From assembly GCF_006345805.1 (NCBI RefSeq), contig NC_042998.1, forward strand, positions 188,418,001 through 188,482,000: DNA of 64,000 bases, given 5' to 3'. This document shows positions 37,240-49,666 of the stretch, one piece after another. The notes beneath the pieces were generated by a model, which made no database searches, was not told the DNA's origin, and worked only from the letters and a program-made list of their open reading frames with translations. The number at the start of each line of letters is the position of its first letter. Positions within the stretch are counted from its first letter, which is position 1. Origin of the DNA: Octopus sinensis. Its lineage: Eukaryota. A program made the position numbers and the translations under genes.

Positions 37240-37538
37240 ATGAAAACTTCGTCCCCAAGAATCGGAACGATGACGGATGTAGCGGAAACTGCAAGACGAT
37301 CGTGATCGCTGTCGTGTCTGGATTCCTGTGTTTCACATACGCAATCATACTCATCTACTGCATGTGGCGCTGTCATCGGCACAGGCGCCACAATAACAAA
37401 ACCAACAAGAAATACCCTCCGGGCAGTGTTTCCATGTCAGCAGTACATTCAGACTATGTCGAAGAACAAAACCGTCTAGTATCACAAAGTAACATGGCCG
37501 ATCTTGCAGCTCCAAAATCTATAGATGGACACTCAGAG
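37240..37538 (+). CDS. Coding exon of an unidentified single-pass (probably type I) membrane protein: TM helix plus cytoplasmic segment
   Basis: Acceptor TTTTCATATTTCTCTTTCAAG| (phase 1); DENFVPKNRNDDGCSGNCKTIVIAVVSGFLCFTYAIILIYCMWRCHRHRRHNNK...DGHSE; about 23-aa hydrophobic stretch followed by a basic stop-transfer cluster; donor GAG|GTAAGC at 37539 (phase 0), or an in-frame TAA at 37560-37562; non-repetitive, GC-richer sequence. Confidence 0.85.
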
Positions 37539-38230
37539 GTAAGCCAGTTTCATGCGCTGTAAGAGAGAAGAAGTCAGCATTCCAAAAGTAAAATCTCGGC
37601 CTTAATTCTTTCTCAGAGGAGCTAATAACATATTTTTATTATATGTTTAAGGTGTTTTCTTTGTACATATTGTTTTTCATTGTTCGTTTTTGTACCTAAT
37701 TTATACAGTAAAACATTCATTTAATATAAACTGTGAATGTTTCTCTTTTCATTGAAAATTTTGTTTATTTAATTTTTTGTTTATTCTTAATTTAATGTTG
37801 ACATGTCCCGAAGTATAACAAACACAGAATATATAAGTGTTATAGAAAGTATGTTGCATCGCATTACGTTGCCAATGAAATGCCGATTTTTTTTTAACCT
37901 GAACATTCAGTTATTGATGGTAAATAATTGAATGGATTCTTCTAAACCGGATTTCAATTGCAATCATTTCAAATTGTCGTTGGTGCCCGAGCATTCTTAG
38001 AAATTTCCTCAGAAGTTAATAAATCCTACGAAAAATTTTCAAGTAATTTCATATTTTACTAAAGATCAAAATAAACCGTTTTGAATATATTCCGTACAGC
38101 CTCCCAATTTTCTTAAGAAATAAGCATTCCATAAGTGAATATAAGAATATCAATCAAAGTAAAAATATCATGAACGATAACATTAGCCATATAAGGACCT
38201 GTGATTTGATAGCCATTGGCTAGCCAAGCT

Positions 38231-38288
<58 letters not shown>

Positions 38289-38490
38289 TGACCAGATATT
38301 GATTGATTTTCGTTACTTTTCCTCTCTGCCTGTGTGGATTGTTTTCAAGTATTTCGGTTTTTCTGGGAGTCCCTTTTTAAAGTAGAAGAAATAGCTAAGG
38401 GTTTTTGGCTGCTATTTCTAAACTTTGGTATGTGGTAAAGCAAATCTTTGCTGAACCCTAATGATTAAGTATATATATATATATACATAC

Positions 38491-38560
<70 letters not shown>

Positions 38561-38888
38561 CATGATACATGTTTCATGCAACGACTTGATCAAAAGCAAA
38601 CCTTGCGATGAATTGCGAAGGTACGGAAGAAACAGTCACTGAGTTAATGATATTGAACATTCAAAGACTTGGAAAAAAGTTACTTGTCACGTTCAATAAC
38701 TATATCGTTGTTGAGACCAGCTGACAGAACAATAAAACACTCCAGCACTGGTGAAGCAGGTTGTGGTCAAGATATTCAAAGAATACATTTTCAATATAGA
38801 CAATTTGAGAGAGACAAATTAATATATATTTGTATGTGTGTATCTATCTATCTATCTATCTATCTATCTACCTATCTATCTATCTATC

Positions 38889-38924
<36 letters not shown>

Positions 38925-39479
38925 ATATATATCTATATATATATATATATATATATACATATATATTTGTATGTGTGTGTATATATATATATATTATATA
39001 TAATATATATATATATATTATATATCTTTCACATTAACTCTTTCTCTTCTTGTTCTCTTTCTTCTCACCTCAAGACTTTGGTCTGTCCGTCTATTTCCCT
39101 TTCTTTCACTTTCTCTCTCACTCTGTCTGTCTGTCTGTCTGTCTCTCTTTCTTTCTCTGTACACACTCACACACACACACACATACACACACAAGCAAAC
39201 ACATATAATATTGTCAGTGAGGTAATCGCACAAATATATTTACACATAGAAATAAATGCACATACTTATATGCGTAAGTATTATAATTCATAAGATAAGT
39301 AATTATACCATATGTATCCATGTATATACGTGCTTGTGTGTATACATATGCTTGTACGTATATATATGTATGTATATGAATATGTAGAGTGTGTGTAATA
39401 TAAATTTACATAGGAACTTGTATACTCATACAAACACACAAACACACACACAAACACATATACACACATACATACATTT

Positions 39480-39900
39480 GGTCATGATAATTTTCGGAAC
39501 TGCCTCAGCTAGTTGAAATAATACTCCACATTGATGGTGTGGCCTCCTTGAATATAATCAACATGCAGAATGTTTTTTGCATCCCAAGAACTGATGCCAT
39601 CTCTTTACCTGCAAATAAAACGCCTTGGCATGCTTTGGAGTAGATGAGGAAGGAGGTTTTTCACTGCATAGATTGTTGCTTTTTCTCTAGTTCAAAGTGA
39701 TGAAGTCAACACTCTTCCTGGTTTAGGAAAAGTTCAAAGAAACCAGCTGGATCTGCCTGAAACATTGTCAGATTTTCCCGCGATGTGATCAACCTGGTGT
39801 GCTTTTGATCAGGTGTCAAAAAACATGGTAGCCACCGAGCAGAAACATACATCATGCTAAGTTCCTTGATGTTACTTTGATGGTTGCGCATCTAGAACTT
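39480..39900 (-). mobile_element. Mariner transposase internal fragment (irritans/Himar-like)
   Basis: VSARWLPCFLTPDQKHTRLITSRENLTMFQADPAGFF...HHFELEKKQQSMQ matches the WVP motif and the region around the first catalytic Asp. Confidence 0.8.
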
Positions 39901-39959
39901 GAGTTATCATCAAGACCCCAGCTTTTTTCCGTAAGCTGTCAGTTCAATTTTCTACTCCC

Positions 39960-41940
39960 ACCATACTCCTCTTCAGGAAACACGTTACATTCCACGCAAT
40001 TCCAAACCGATCTAAGCTCTCGATGATCCACGAATATGGACTCATATGTTAAGCTTTGCGATAGTCAGTCAATCCAGGCCATTCCCAAATGTGTTCTCCT
40101 TTGTTTACAGTCTTGCATTACAATTTCGTCTATCAATAGTTGATCTTTGGTACTTCTACTGTCGTAATATATCGTTCTCACCAAGAAATTTGTACAGTTC
40201 TGCAATTCTTCCTGACAGTAACTTCCACATTAATGGGAGGCAAGAAATTGGTCTTTAATGCATCGTTCAGACAGAACACTGTTCGTACTTTTGCCAGCCA
40301 GCCGGGGTTTCTTCTCCATTGATCAATGCATTAAATTAATTTGCGATCAATTTATGGCACCTACTGAATTTTTTTATCCAAAATCCCTGTACGCCATCAG
40401 GTCTTGCTGCTTACCAGTTGCTTATCCTTTTACTAATATTTCAAATACTGTCTTCTGTGAAGTGGATAGCCTCTTGTTGGGGATAAGAAGCTGTTTGATT
40501 CAGGCTACACAGCCGTTCACTTGTAGTATTATGCTGTTCTTGCTTACTTGATATCTTACCTCAGAAAAGTCGACTTTCATCAGCATCAGGAACTAAACTT
40601 TCACGTTTTTTTATCATCCTCATTCTCTTGATAAAATCTTTTTGGTCGGTTCTAAACAATTTGTCTTGCAGGTATTGCTTAATCCGCTATTCAAACCTAG
40701 TTAGCTTTGCTTTTTTTACAAGTATGCGCTGCTTCAGTTCTTCAATTACAATATTCAGCCTTTTGTATCTACGCCATATTTCTTCCTAACTTTTTCGAAT
40801 TTCCATTCATTCGTAAGTTCGCCATTTCTTTTCCTGATAAGTATTAACACTACACTGTTCAAGGAGTTTATATCTCCTGAAATTTCCACCAAGGCCGTTT
40901 ATTTCCTCTTCTATCCATCGCTGTTCTGTTCTCAGTAGTTCTAAATCCCATCCTTTCTGTTACAATCTTACTAGCAGCCTTAATAAGATTATTTGTTTGT
41001 GAGACATTGTTTGTTTCAATGGGTATCAATACATTATTGACTTTACTCGTCTCTTGATTTAGTCTCCATTGGTTAACCTTCTTAAAGTCGCACATAAATT
41101 CTGTCCCTTCTGTATTTAATAGATCAAAAATCTTATCTATTATTAATCGATCTTCATTGTTTGAGTAGTCACTGATCTCAATTCTTTCACAATTCACGGG
41201 AGTATATTCTTGCGAACAATTGTTCCTGTCTTACAGTATACCATATACGTTTCTTGCATGCCCAGCATCAACTGATATCTTTTGATAGCTTCGAGCTCAA
41301 ATTCTGTTAAACATCCATTCCTCCGTATTGCTCATGCTTGGTCACATAATCTCTGCAGTAATTTCAAACAGATCCACTGCCTTCCATTCACTGTGCATTC
41401 GTTTTCTGTACCCACGCTATTCGCATCCACGGGGGTGCTCTGGTAGTAACACTCCACAACCAGGTTTATTTGTTTACTCCACTTATGTCTTGTTGCATGA
41501 CTAGCAGTGGCTGGATTTTGACCGGGCCCACCCTGCTGTACAGTGGAGTACCTGCCGGGAGCGGCATCTCCATCATAGGTTCTAGTCTCTTTCACACCGT
41601 TATCGTCGTCTATTCTGCTTGGCATTTTCACTCACAAATGAGGTGTGTTTTAGGTTACTACCAACCGGTATTTTTATCGAGACACCATCTCTATCAAGGT
41701 AGTCTGCCAAGGCAGCAGGGACTTGCTCCCCTGGTTTTGAACTCGGAGTGTTCCTTCTAGGTCGCTTGCCATCCAAGGCTAACGAGTGCAGCCTACCCGG
41801 AGTACTAGTTATTTGAAGGTGCCAGATACTTGTCTTTTCCTGCTTTTTGTTGGTTTGGCGAAGGAGTCGTGTTTGACGGTCAGGGGATAAATCCTGCGCA
41901 GGCCATTGGAGCATTTTATAAGTGATGGGCGCTCACCTCC
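39960..41940 (-). mobile_element. R4/Dong-clade non-LTR retrotransposon, 5' part (5' UTR, N-terminal domain, RT N-half), 3'-truncated and decayed
   Basis: ATG at 41625; RHKWSKQINLVVECYYQSTP...QRLCDQA; EELKQRILVKKAKLTRFE*RIKQYLQDKLFRTDQKRFY; PDGVQGFWIKKF; [15 protein letters not shown]; STKDQLLID; LGMAWID-YRKA. Confidence 0.85.
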
Positions 41941-42268
41941 CCTCATCACTCCAACATTGACAAAAAAGTTAAAGAGAAGAGAGAAAGAGGAGAGAGAGAG
42001 AGAGAGACAGAGAGAGACAGAGACAGAGAGAAATAATAAATAAAAATAAAAGGAAAGGAAGATCAACTAGAGAGGGGAGGAAGCCATTTTACACAACATG
42101 TTCAGTATAATCCATGCAGATCGAGAGGGTGATTGAGAGGACTGCTTAAGATTGGTTGTAAACATGGAAATGAAGTAGATATTGAACATAAGGGAAGATG
42201 ATAGGTGAATGGGACGGGCGCATCACCGCCGAGTAATGCCCAAACGAGAAAATATTCTGTCGCGAAAG

Positions 42269-42908
42269 AAATTAAAAGTTGCAGAGACATGTCATATATT
42301 TTGTAGATATATCTTTGTATTACATTAATTTCATAGCTTACAGTGTTTTGATTGGGATTCTCTTGGTTGTAAAGAAAATTCCAGGATGTTTTTAGTAGCA
42401 ACTAAAACTTGTGCCTTGCAGAGAGGGAGAGGAGAGTTAGAGACACAGACAGACAGAAGGAGAGAGAGAGAGAGAGGAAGAAAGAGAGGGCGGAATGAAT
42501 TAGAGAGGGAGGATGTGAGAATTTACCTTGTGGGGTAAAAGTTACTTTCGAGAAATTAATTAAATTCAAGAACGGGACAATTAAGTTCAATTCTACATTC
42601 TAGAGCAATAAATTAAATAAATTAAAAGTTGCAGAGACATGTCATATATTTTTTAGATATATCTTTGTATTATAATAAGATCATAGTTTGCGATGTTTTG
42701 ACTGGAACTCTCTCTTGTTGTAAATAAACTTCCAGCATGTTTTTAATAGCAAATAAAGCTTGTGCTTTGCAGACAGGGAGAGGCAGAGAGAAGGAGAGGG
42801 GGAGGAACAGAAGGAGAGGGAGAGAGAAAGAGAAGAGAGAGAGAGGGGGAGAGCGAGGAATGAATTAGAGAGGTGGGAATGAGAATTTACCTCGTGGGAT
42901 AAAAGTAA
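42269..42908. repeat. Diverged tandem duplication, period about 350 bp
   Basis: AAATTAAAAGTTGCAGAGACATGTCATATATTTT starts at 42269 and 42619; similarity runs to GAGAATTTACCT.GTGGG.TAAAAGT in both copies. Confidence 0.9.
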
Positions 42909-42909
42909 T

Positions 42910-42939
42910 TATTATTATTATTATCATTATTATTATTAT

Positions 42940-43006
<67 letters not shown>

Positions 43007-43063
43007 CATTATTATTATTATTTATTATTATTATTATCATTATCATTATTATCATTATTATTC

Positions 43064-43116
<53 letters not shown>

Positions 43117-43127
43117 CATCATCATCT
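42910..43127. repeat. (TTA)n/(TCA)n microsatellite
   Basis: Visible directly. Confidence 0.95.
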
Positions 43128-44078
43128 TCGACATATAAGACATACTTATCACCGTAGTGTAGTAGTGAAAGGCTATAGGATGTAAAATCTATTTTGAAAA
43201 TTATGTTACCATGATCATTCATATATATTTATACATTCCTGCTGCAGTCAGGGTGATGCCCTTTGAAATTTGTAACCGTTACAAAATTAGCCCCATATGT
43301 TAATTGCCCACTAAGCATACCTGTGAATGTGAGAACGATATTGAAACACATGTACGTATAGCGACCTAGATTCGCAGGAAACCGAAAATAAAATCTATTT
43401 CATTAGTAATCATAACTATGATTGTTCTGTGCATAAGTACTAAAATGGTACACTTCGTACCATTATCGTTTAAAACCTCATTTAAAGGAATTTCAAACGT
43501 ATGCATAGCATTAGCTTTAATTATCTTACATACTTTACGCTAATATTTTAAGCATCGATGTTCTACATCCTATCGAGGTAAACATTTGCAGAACGCGTAT
43601 AAAATCTGTGTCAGATATCTCATATACAAGGAGAAATGCAGTGATAAGTCATATCGGTGTCTGATATATTTAAAGAACAGCACAGGTGAGGAATTAAATT
43701 GCAGACTAAATGGAAAAAATAACTTAAATATAATTCCTAAATCATGTCAGTGAGATTGTTTTAATTTGAGTTCAGTTCTGTGAGAAGTAGATCTCAAAAA
43801 CTCATTTGGTAAATATTAACTTTCAGTTTCAGGATACTTTACTATATTAAACTGGAGATAAGAACACTTACTAGTGACGATCATGCGCGCACACGATCAA
43901 GACACTATATATATATATTATAAGATAGCCGTCTATAAGTTAGAAATATAAGTACATTCCGTATAGGTAATACAACGGGTAGGTTATTTTTTATCGTCAT
44001 GCAGTATTACTGGTTATACGCCATTACGACTTATTTACACCCACCCGCATATGTATGCATTGTATGTATGTATGTATG

Positions 44079-44116
<38 letters not shown>

Positions 44117-44123
<7 letters not shown>

Positions 44124-44312
44124 AAGAAAAAAGCAACAAGAATGGATTAGTTGTTCAGTACAATTGTTTCATCAGCCAAAACACATATGGGCTGATGAAT
44201 ACGGGACACTTGTATTTGCTGCAATATTTGCAGCTTTTAATAAAGCTGTTCTTCGTATGAAACAATTGTACTGAACAACTAATCCATTCTTGTTGCTTTT
44301 TTCTTGTTTATA
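44117..44312. mobile_element. Fold-back mini-element: perfect 56-bp terminal inverted repeats around a hammerhead-like core
   Basis: 44117-44172 is the exact reverse complement of 44257-44312; interior CTGATGA-ATACG...CGTAT-GAAAC-AATT-GTA; left side abuts (TA)n. Confidence 0.8.
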
Positions 44313-45101
44313 ATCACCCCACATTATTTTATGGTTAATACCATATAGATTTCTGGTGCATCTAAGTTAAGTACCGCATTCATGTGAATTCATTGGAACT
44401 CACTTGAATCTTAATTGTTTTTACTGAAATATATATATATATATATATATTTATGTATGTATGTATGTATGTATTTAAGTGATCCTGGATTGTAACTTTT
44501 ATATAAACCTTTCAAAATTTTTAGTATTGTAAAAATGTATAATTTTGTTGAAAAATTATCTTGCTATTTATGTATTGAAATAATTGACTGTTTGCACTAA
44601 TTTAGATAAAGAAAAAAACAAAAGCGATTGTTGATTATGAGAATAGCTGAGTTGGTTTAGTTATGACATAGATGTCAGCCAAACAATATTGGATTGATTT
44701 TACTTCATAACAAGAATTCGAATTCTCTTCTTACTAGATATAGGGCAGTGTTTCTAATTAAAATGATAAACTAATGGGCTGAAATAAATGATGAGCGAAA
44801 CGTTATCGGTTAGACAGCATTATTAATTTAATGTACGAATTAAGAAGGATTTAATGCATTACACGTACACACTAATTTCAGATAGATATGCGAAGCTACG
44901 AAATCGAACTCTGTATATATCGCTAATTTGATAGTTATTTGTGATCGCTTCATCTACTGCTATGACGCCTTACTCTATAAAGGGGACTAATAGAATAATT
45001 TATCGTGCTGCATCTTGGGGACAGATTATCTTTTGGCTGCAGATGAATAGTTAAATAGCAAAAACAAAAGGCATCTAGTTTAGAAGATAGACTGACACTC
45101 T

Positions 45102-45513
45102 CTCTTTTACTCTTACTCTTTTACTCTTTTACTTGTTTCAGTCATTTGACTGCGGCCATGCTGGAGCACCGCCTTTAATCGAGCAACTCGATCCCGGGAC
45201 TTATTCTTTGTAAGCCCAGTACTTATTCTATCGGTCTCTTTTGCTGAACCGCTAAGTGACGGGGACATAAACACACCAGCATCGGTTGTCAAGCGATGTT
45301 GGGGGGACAAACACAGACACACAAACATACACACACACACATATATATACATATATACGTCGGGCTTCTTTCAGTTTCCATCAACCAAATCCACTCACAA
45401 GGCTTTGGTCGGCCCGAGGCTATAGTAGAAGACACTCGCCCAAGGTGCCACGCAGTGGGAGTGAATCGTGTGGTTGGTAAACAAGCTACTTACCACACAG
45501 CCACTCCTGCGCC
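45102..45513 (-). mobile_element. SINE A, full length
   Basis: Head ends ...CCACTCCTGCGCC at 45513; tail (CTCTTTTA)n at about 45102. Confidence 0.9.
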
Positions 45514-46878
45514 TACTCTCTGTTGTAATTTGTAATGCAGTCGTCCAGCAAGAGATTTGTGTGGCTCGATTCCCAACAGTGGCCTCTTTATCAGTTCCGT
45601 CGAAAAAAATTTTGATTATGTGGTCTAATGACTCTAATGGCATTTACAATAATGCTAATTTAAACTTCTGTGTTCTTTTAGGCAGTAAGAGTCTAGAAAA
45701 TAGGGTTTCTGACCGCCCTCAAAACAGTTTGAAATTTAGATTTTTCTTTATTAAGAGCTCTTTGTATACCAGTCTACTAATCAAAGAAATAACGCAGAGT
45801 AGCAATCTTTTCATGGTTGGCATATTGAACAAGAAACATCATACAAAAATGACTGATGTTTCATTTCTATTTGTAGTACTGCTTTAGTCGGTTGGTTAAC
45901 AATCATAGAAAAGATATGCATTAAACCAGAACTATCCTACTCAATCATCATTTAGTGACAGTTTGTACATCGAAACGATATCACATTCAGGCATTCATCT
46001 AATTGCTCACATATAAACAAACGCTCTGTTCTGCGCCATTTATTGATTCGCTAAAATGGAGTGTACATGTATTCTGTGAAAACTATTTTTAGTTGGAACA
46101 GGGAAGCTGTATGTATCATTAATATGGAGAATATTGGTCAATGTTGCAATAGGAAAATGAGTTCTAGAGAAGGAACTATTAACCTAGCCTACACATGTTA
46201 TCTCATATAGTGTAGCAGTCTAGGAAAGTCGATCGAGGTTTTGTTTATTGTGGACTTACTTTTTAAACATCTGGAAGTTCTTGATTACGACATAAAATTG
46301 TAGTGCCTTATAAACATCCAATCAGTCGGGTTGGACTTACACATGTTGCATTCTGTTTCATTTGCTGAGTCTGGAGAAAAGGAAATGTTCCTGGCCTTCG
46401 CAGACCCTTCAAAACCTATTAAGCTTGTGCCGTTAATGATCCACTCAAACCGTTGCTAGTAGATACCTGCAGAAAGACATGAGAACATGAAAAGTTTCCT
46501 GAGGGATGACATTCTGGAGAAGAAAAACTAGACACTGTGGTTAGTACGATACTAGGGTGCTGGGCTCAAAATAAGTATTCAAGTGAGATTAGGGGAGTGA
46601 CTTGAAAATACCTGAGTTAAGGTGGCACAAAACACATAATGGTAAAAAGGAACAGAGAGATAGCAAATGGGCCTTTCTTTGAATGCTTTTGTGTGCAGTA
46701 CCAACCGAGACGTGAATGTAGTATTCAAATGTAGACTTCTGCTGAGGTGTATAGAGTACCAGTAATTATAGTAGGGTGGAGTAGCTTTTGGATCTGAAGA
46801 GGATTGAACTTTTACGATACGGTCTTTACCATGTTATGTATATCCTTTCGGTGATAGTGGAGTCTAATATCTGAAGGA

Positions 46879-47061
46879 ATCGTGAGAATTCTAAGTGCTT
46901 CTCTTGATTAAGAGTATAAGTGATATGATGATGTTTCCTTGATATGAATAATCTCTGAGTTCTTGTATCATTTACAAGAACTCGGGGGCTATTCATATCA
47001 AGAAAACATAATCATATCACATACACCCTTAATCAAGTGAAGCACTTAGAGTTCTCACGAT
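46879..47061. repeat. Imperfect inverted repeat, about 89-bp arms, 5-nt loop
   Basis: 46879-46967 versus reverse complement of 46973-47061; roughly 85-90% identical by eye. Confidence 0.92.
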
Positions 47062-47200
47062 CGCCCCCAGTTGGGGCATATCCCTTCTGGAAGATGCTTT
47101 CGAGTTCTCCGTTGAAGAAATCGGTGTAGGTTTGACGTATAGTGTAAAAACTGCGCATAGATGATATGTGGTTGAGCAAAGTTTAGATACGTGTGGGTTG
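47062..47200 (-). mobile_element. Possible highly decayed PLE fragment
   Basis: AQFLHYTSNLH and FFNGELESIFQKGY resemble the PLE Q-Y-L-H-Y-x-S-x-H and F-x-x-x-G-Y-P motifs. Confidence 0.3.
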
Positions 47201-47448
47201 TCATATCGCACACAACACAGTGAAGCATAAACTTTCTCCTTCTGATATTTGTCCCCGTGACAGTTACACAGAATAGTCAATATTCACTTTGAAAAGAAGA
47301 TAGTGGCTCAACATACATGTTCAAATGCATTTGATATATTTATTTTCACTATTAAATTCAACATTAAGATCTATCGCAGTCAGCTTTGGTTTCTGTGCAA
47401 AATATATACCAAAATTACATTTGTTTCAGTTAAATCAAACACACAACT

Positions 47449-47690
<242 letters not shown>

Positions 47691-47896
47691 CTTTCTTTCT
47701 TTCTCTGTTTATACACACATATACACACAACGCAAACACATACATACTTCTGTCTGTCTGTATGTCCGTCCGTCCATCCGTCCGTCAGTCCGTTTGTCTG
47801 TCTGCATTAATATTTGTTTTTATGTCGTTATAATAAAGCAATTTTATATTAAACTGAAGGATTACACAATACCTTCCTTTTGTACAGTATGAATTT

Positions 47897-47999
47897 AGTA
47901 TTGACAGCGACTTCGAAGTCTCGGCCAGCCAGCTATGCCGTTATGGGACAGCATGATGATGGATGAACTGGCCGAAACGTTGGAGTCACTATCAATACT
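47897..47999. repeat. Imperfect 32-bp inverted repeat around a degenerate hammerhead-like motif
   Basis: AGTATTGACAGCGACTTCGAAGTCTCGGCCAG versus reverse complement AGTATTGATAGTGACTCCAACGTTTCGGCCAG; interior ATGATGA...GGCC-GAAAC-GTT. Confidence 0.8.
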
Positions 48000-49666
48000 A
48001 TTTTTGTTAAAGAATGATACACACACGCATACGCATGCACGCACAACACATGCACGCACACACACACACACACATATATACACACATGTGTGTGTATATA
48101 TAATGACAATAAGTATGGCGATGGTGTTCACTCTTACAAAGGCAGACAGAAATATATAGAGAGATAAATGGGAAAAGACAATTTACATTATATCTATTTT
48201 CTAATTTAAAAAAAATGATAATTTGCGGAAAACCTACTTTTGAGACCGCAATGTATACTAATAATGTATGTGCATAAATAGTTACTTGACACCACAGTAG
48301 ATATGATGTAATAAAAACATACTATTAAAACATAAACATCAGAAAATACTTCATTTCCCAACAGTTAACTAATCCTATTCAAATCTTAATTGAAACTAAA
48401 TGTAATTATGCTTACACAAACGGAATATGCGAAGACCGCATTAATAACGACCACCTATCTTATTATCTGAACCGCAAACATACTGTCTAACAACTGTACT
48501 TCTCTTATCTCAACTAGAGTGAACTCTGCTCTTCCGGTGCTTTTTGTTCTTGTAGCAGCTGGTCTATGGCTCTCCCAACTCACTTCGCATTCTTCTCTCG
48601 TCGACATGTATATTGTGTCTACCCCAGGCTCACGCTATTATGCCTAATCTTTGATTTATAGAACTTCAACTCTAAATACCAATAGTCTTCTTTAATGATA
48701 CTGTAAGCACTGGGCTGTTGAAGTATCATTATTGTTAAAATTAGAAATAAAAATTTTGAAGGTTCAGATATACTATGTTTTCTATGAGATTGTCAACTTT
48801 TAAATAGTGATCTAATTAGAGGCAGATAATTATGCTTCATTTTATGACTCGCATACATTACTTTTGGGATATGTTTGACTTAGGTTATATACATCGATTT
48901 CTTTCTTCAGAAGGAATTATCTTCAACATGTCCCTGTTGGGTCAGTTATTAACTTTACTTAACCTATATATTTTTTCTGAAATAAATTTTTTAGATTATG
49001 GGAAAATAACATGCAACATTTAACTGTGGTTAACTTGTTATTTTTAGACATATGGTTTTAACATACTAAAGAATAATATAATAATTTTATCAAACGAAGA
49101 GTGACTACTAATGTAATTTACAAAATGAATTCTATCATTTTATTTGAATTAAAATGTTGCTAAAGCTTCAATACAGCTGTTCTGCCATACTAGTCACTAA
49201 TATTGATTTCAAATTTTGGCACAACGCCAATACTAGTCACTAATGTTTATATCAAAAATTACCAACTATCTTTGAATGGCGTAAATCTCTCATGTTCAAT
49301 ACAAACAAGATTACACTTTATATTGTTCAGTGGAATATATCTCATGTATACTTTGTAACACAATAGTATCCATTTTAAATCCTGCAATACAACATCTGTA
49401 TATAATATGGAAATTAGAGCTCTACACTGCCTCTATTGCATATGATAAGAAAAGGTCTTTCTCAAAGAATAGGATTCAGCCAAGTTCTCCTGGAAAAGAA
49501 AATTCACAGAACTAAATAGAAGATTTGACAGGTTTATAAGAATATATTCTGTTCTAAAAATCCTATTTGAAATGGATGCATTTGCCGCTAGACAAAAGCC
49601 AATTCCAAGCATCGTTGTCTATTCAACTATATTATTTCAGATACTTTAGGAGAATATGTCAGGATA

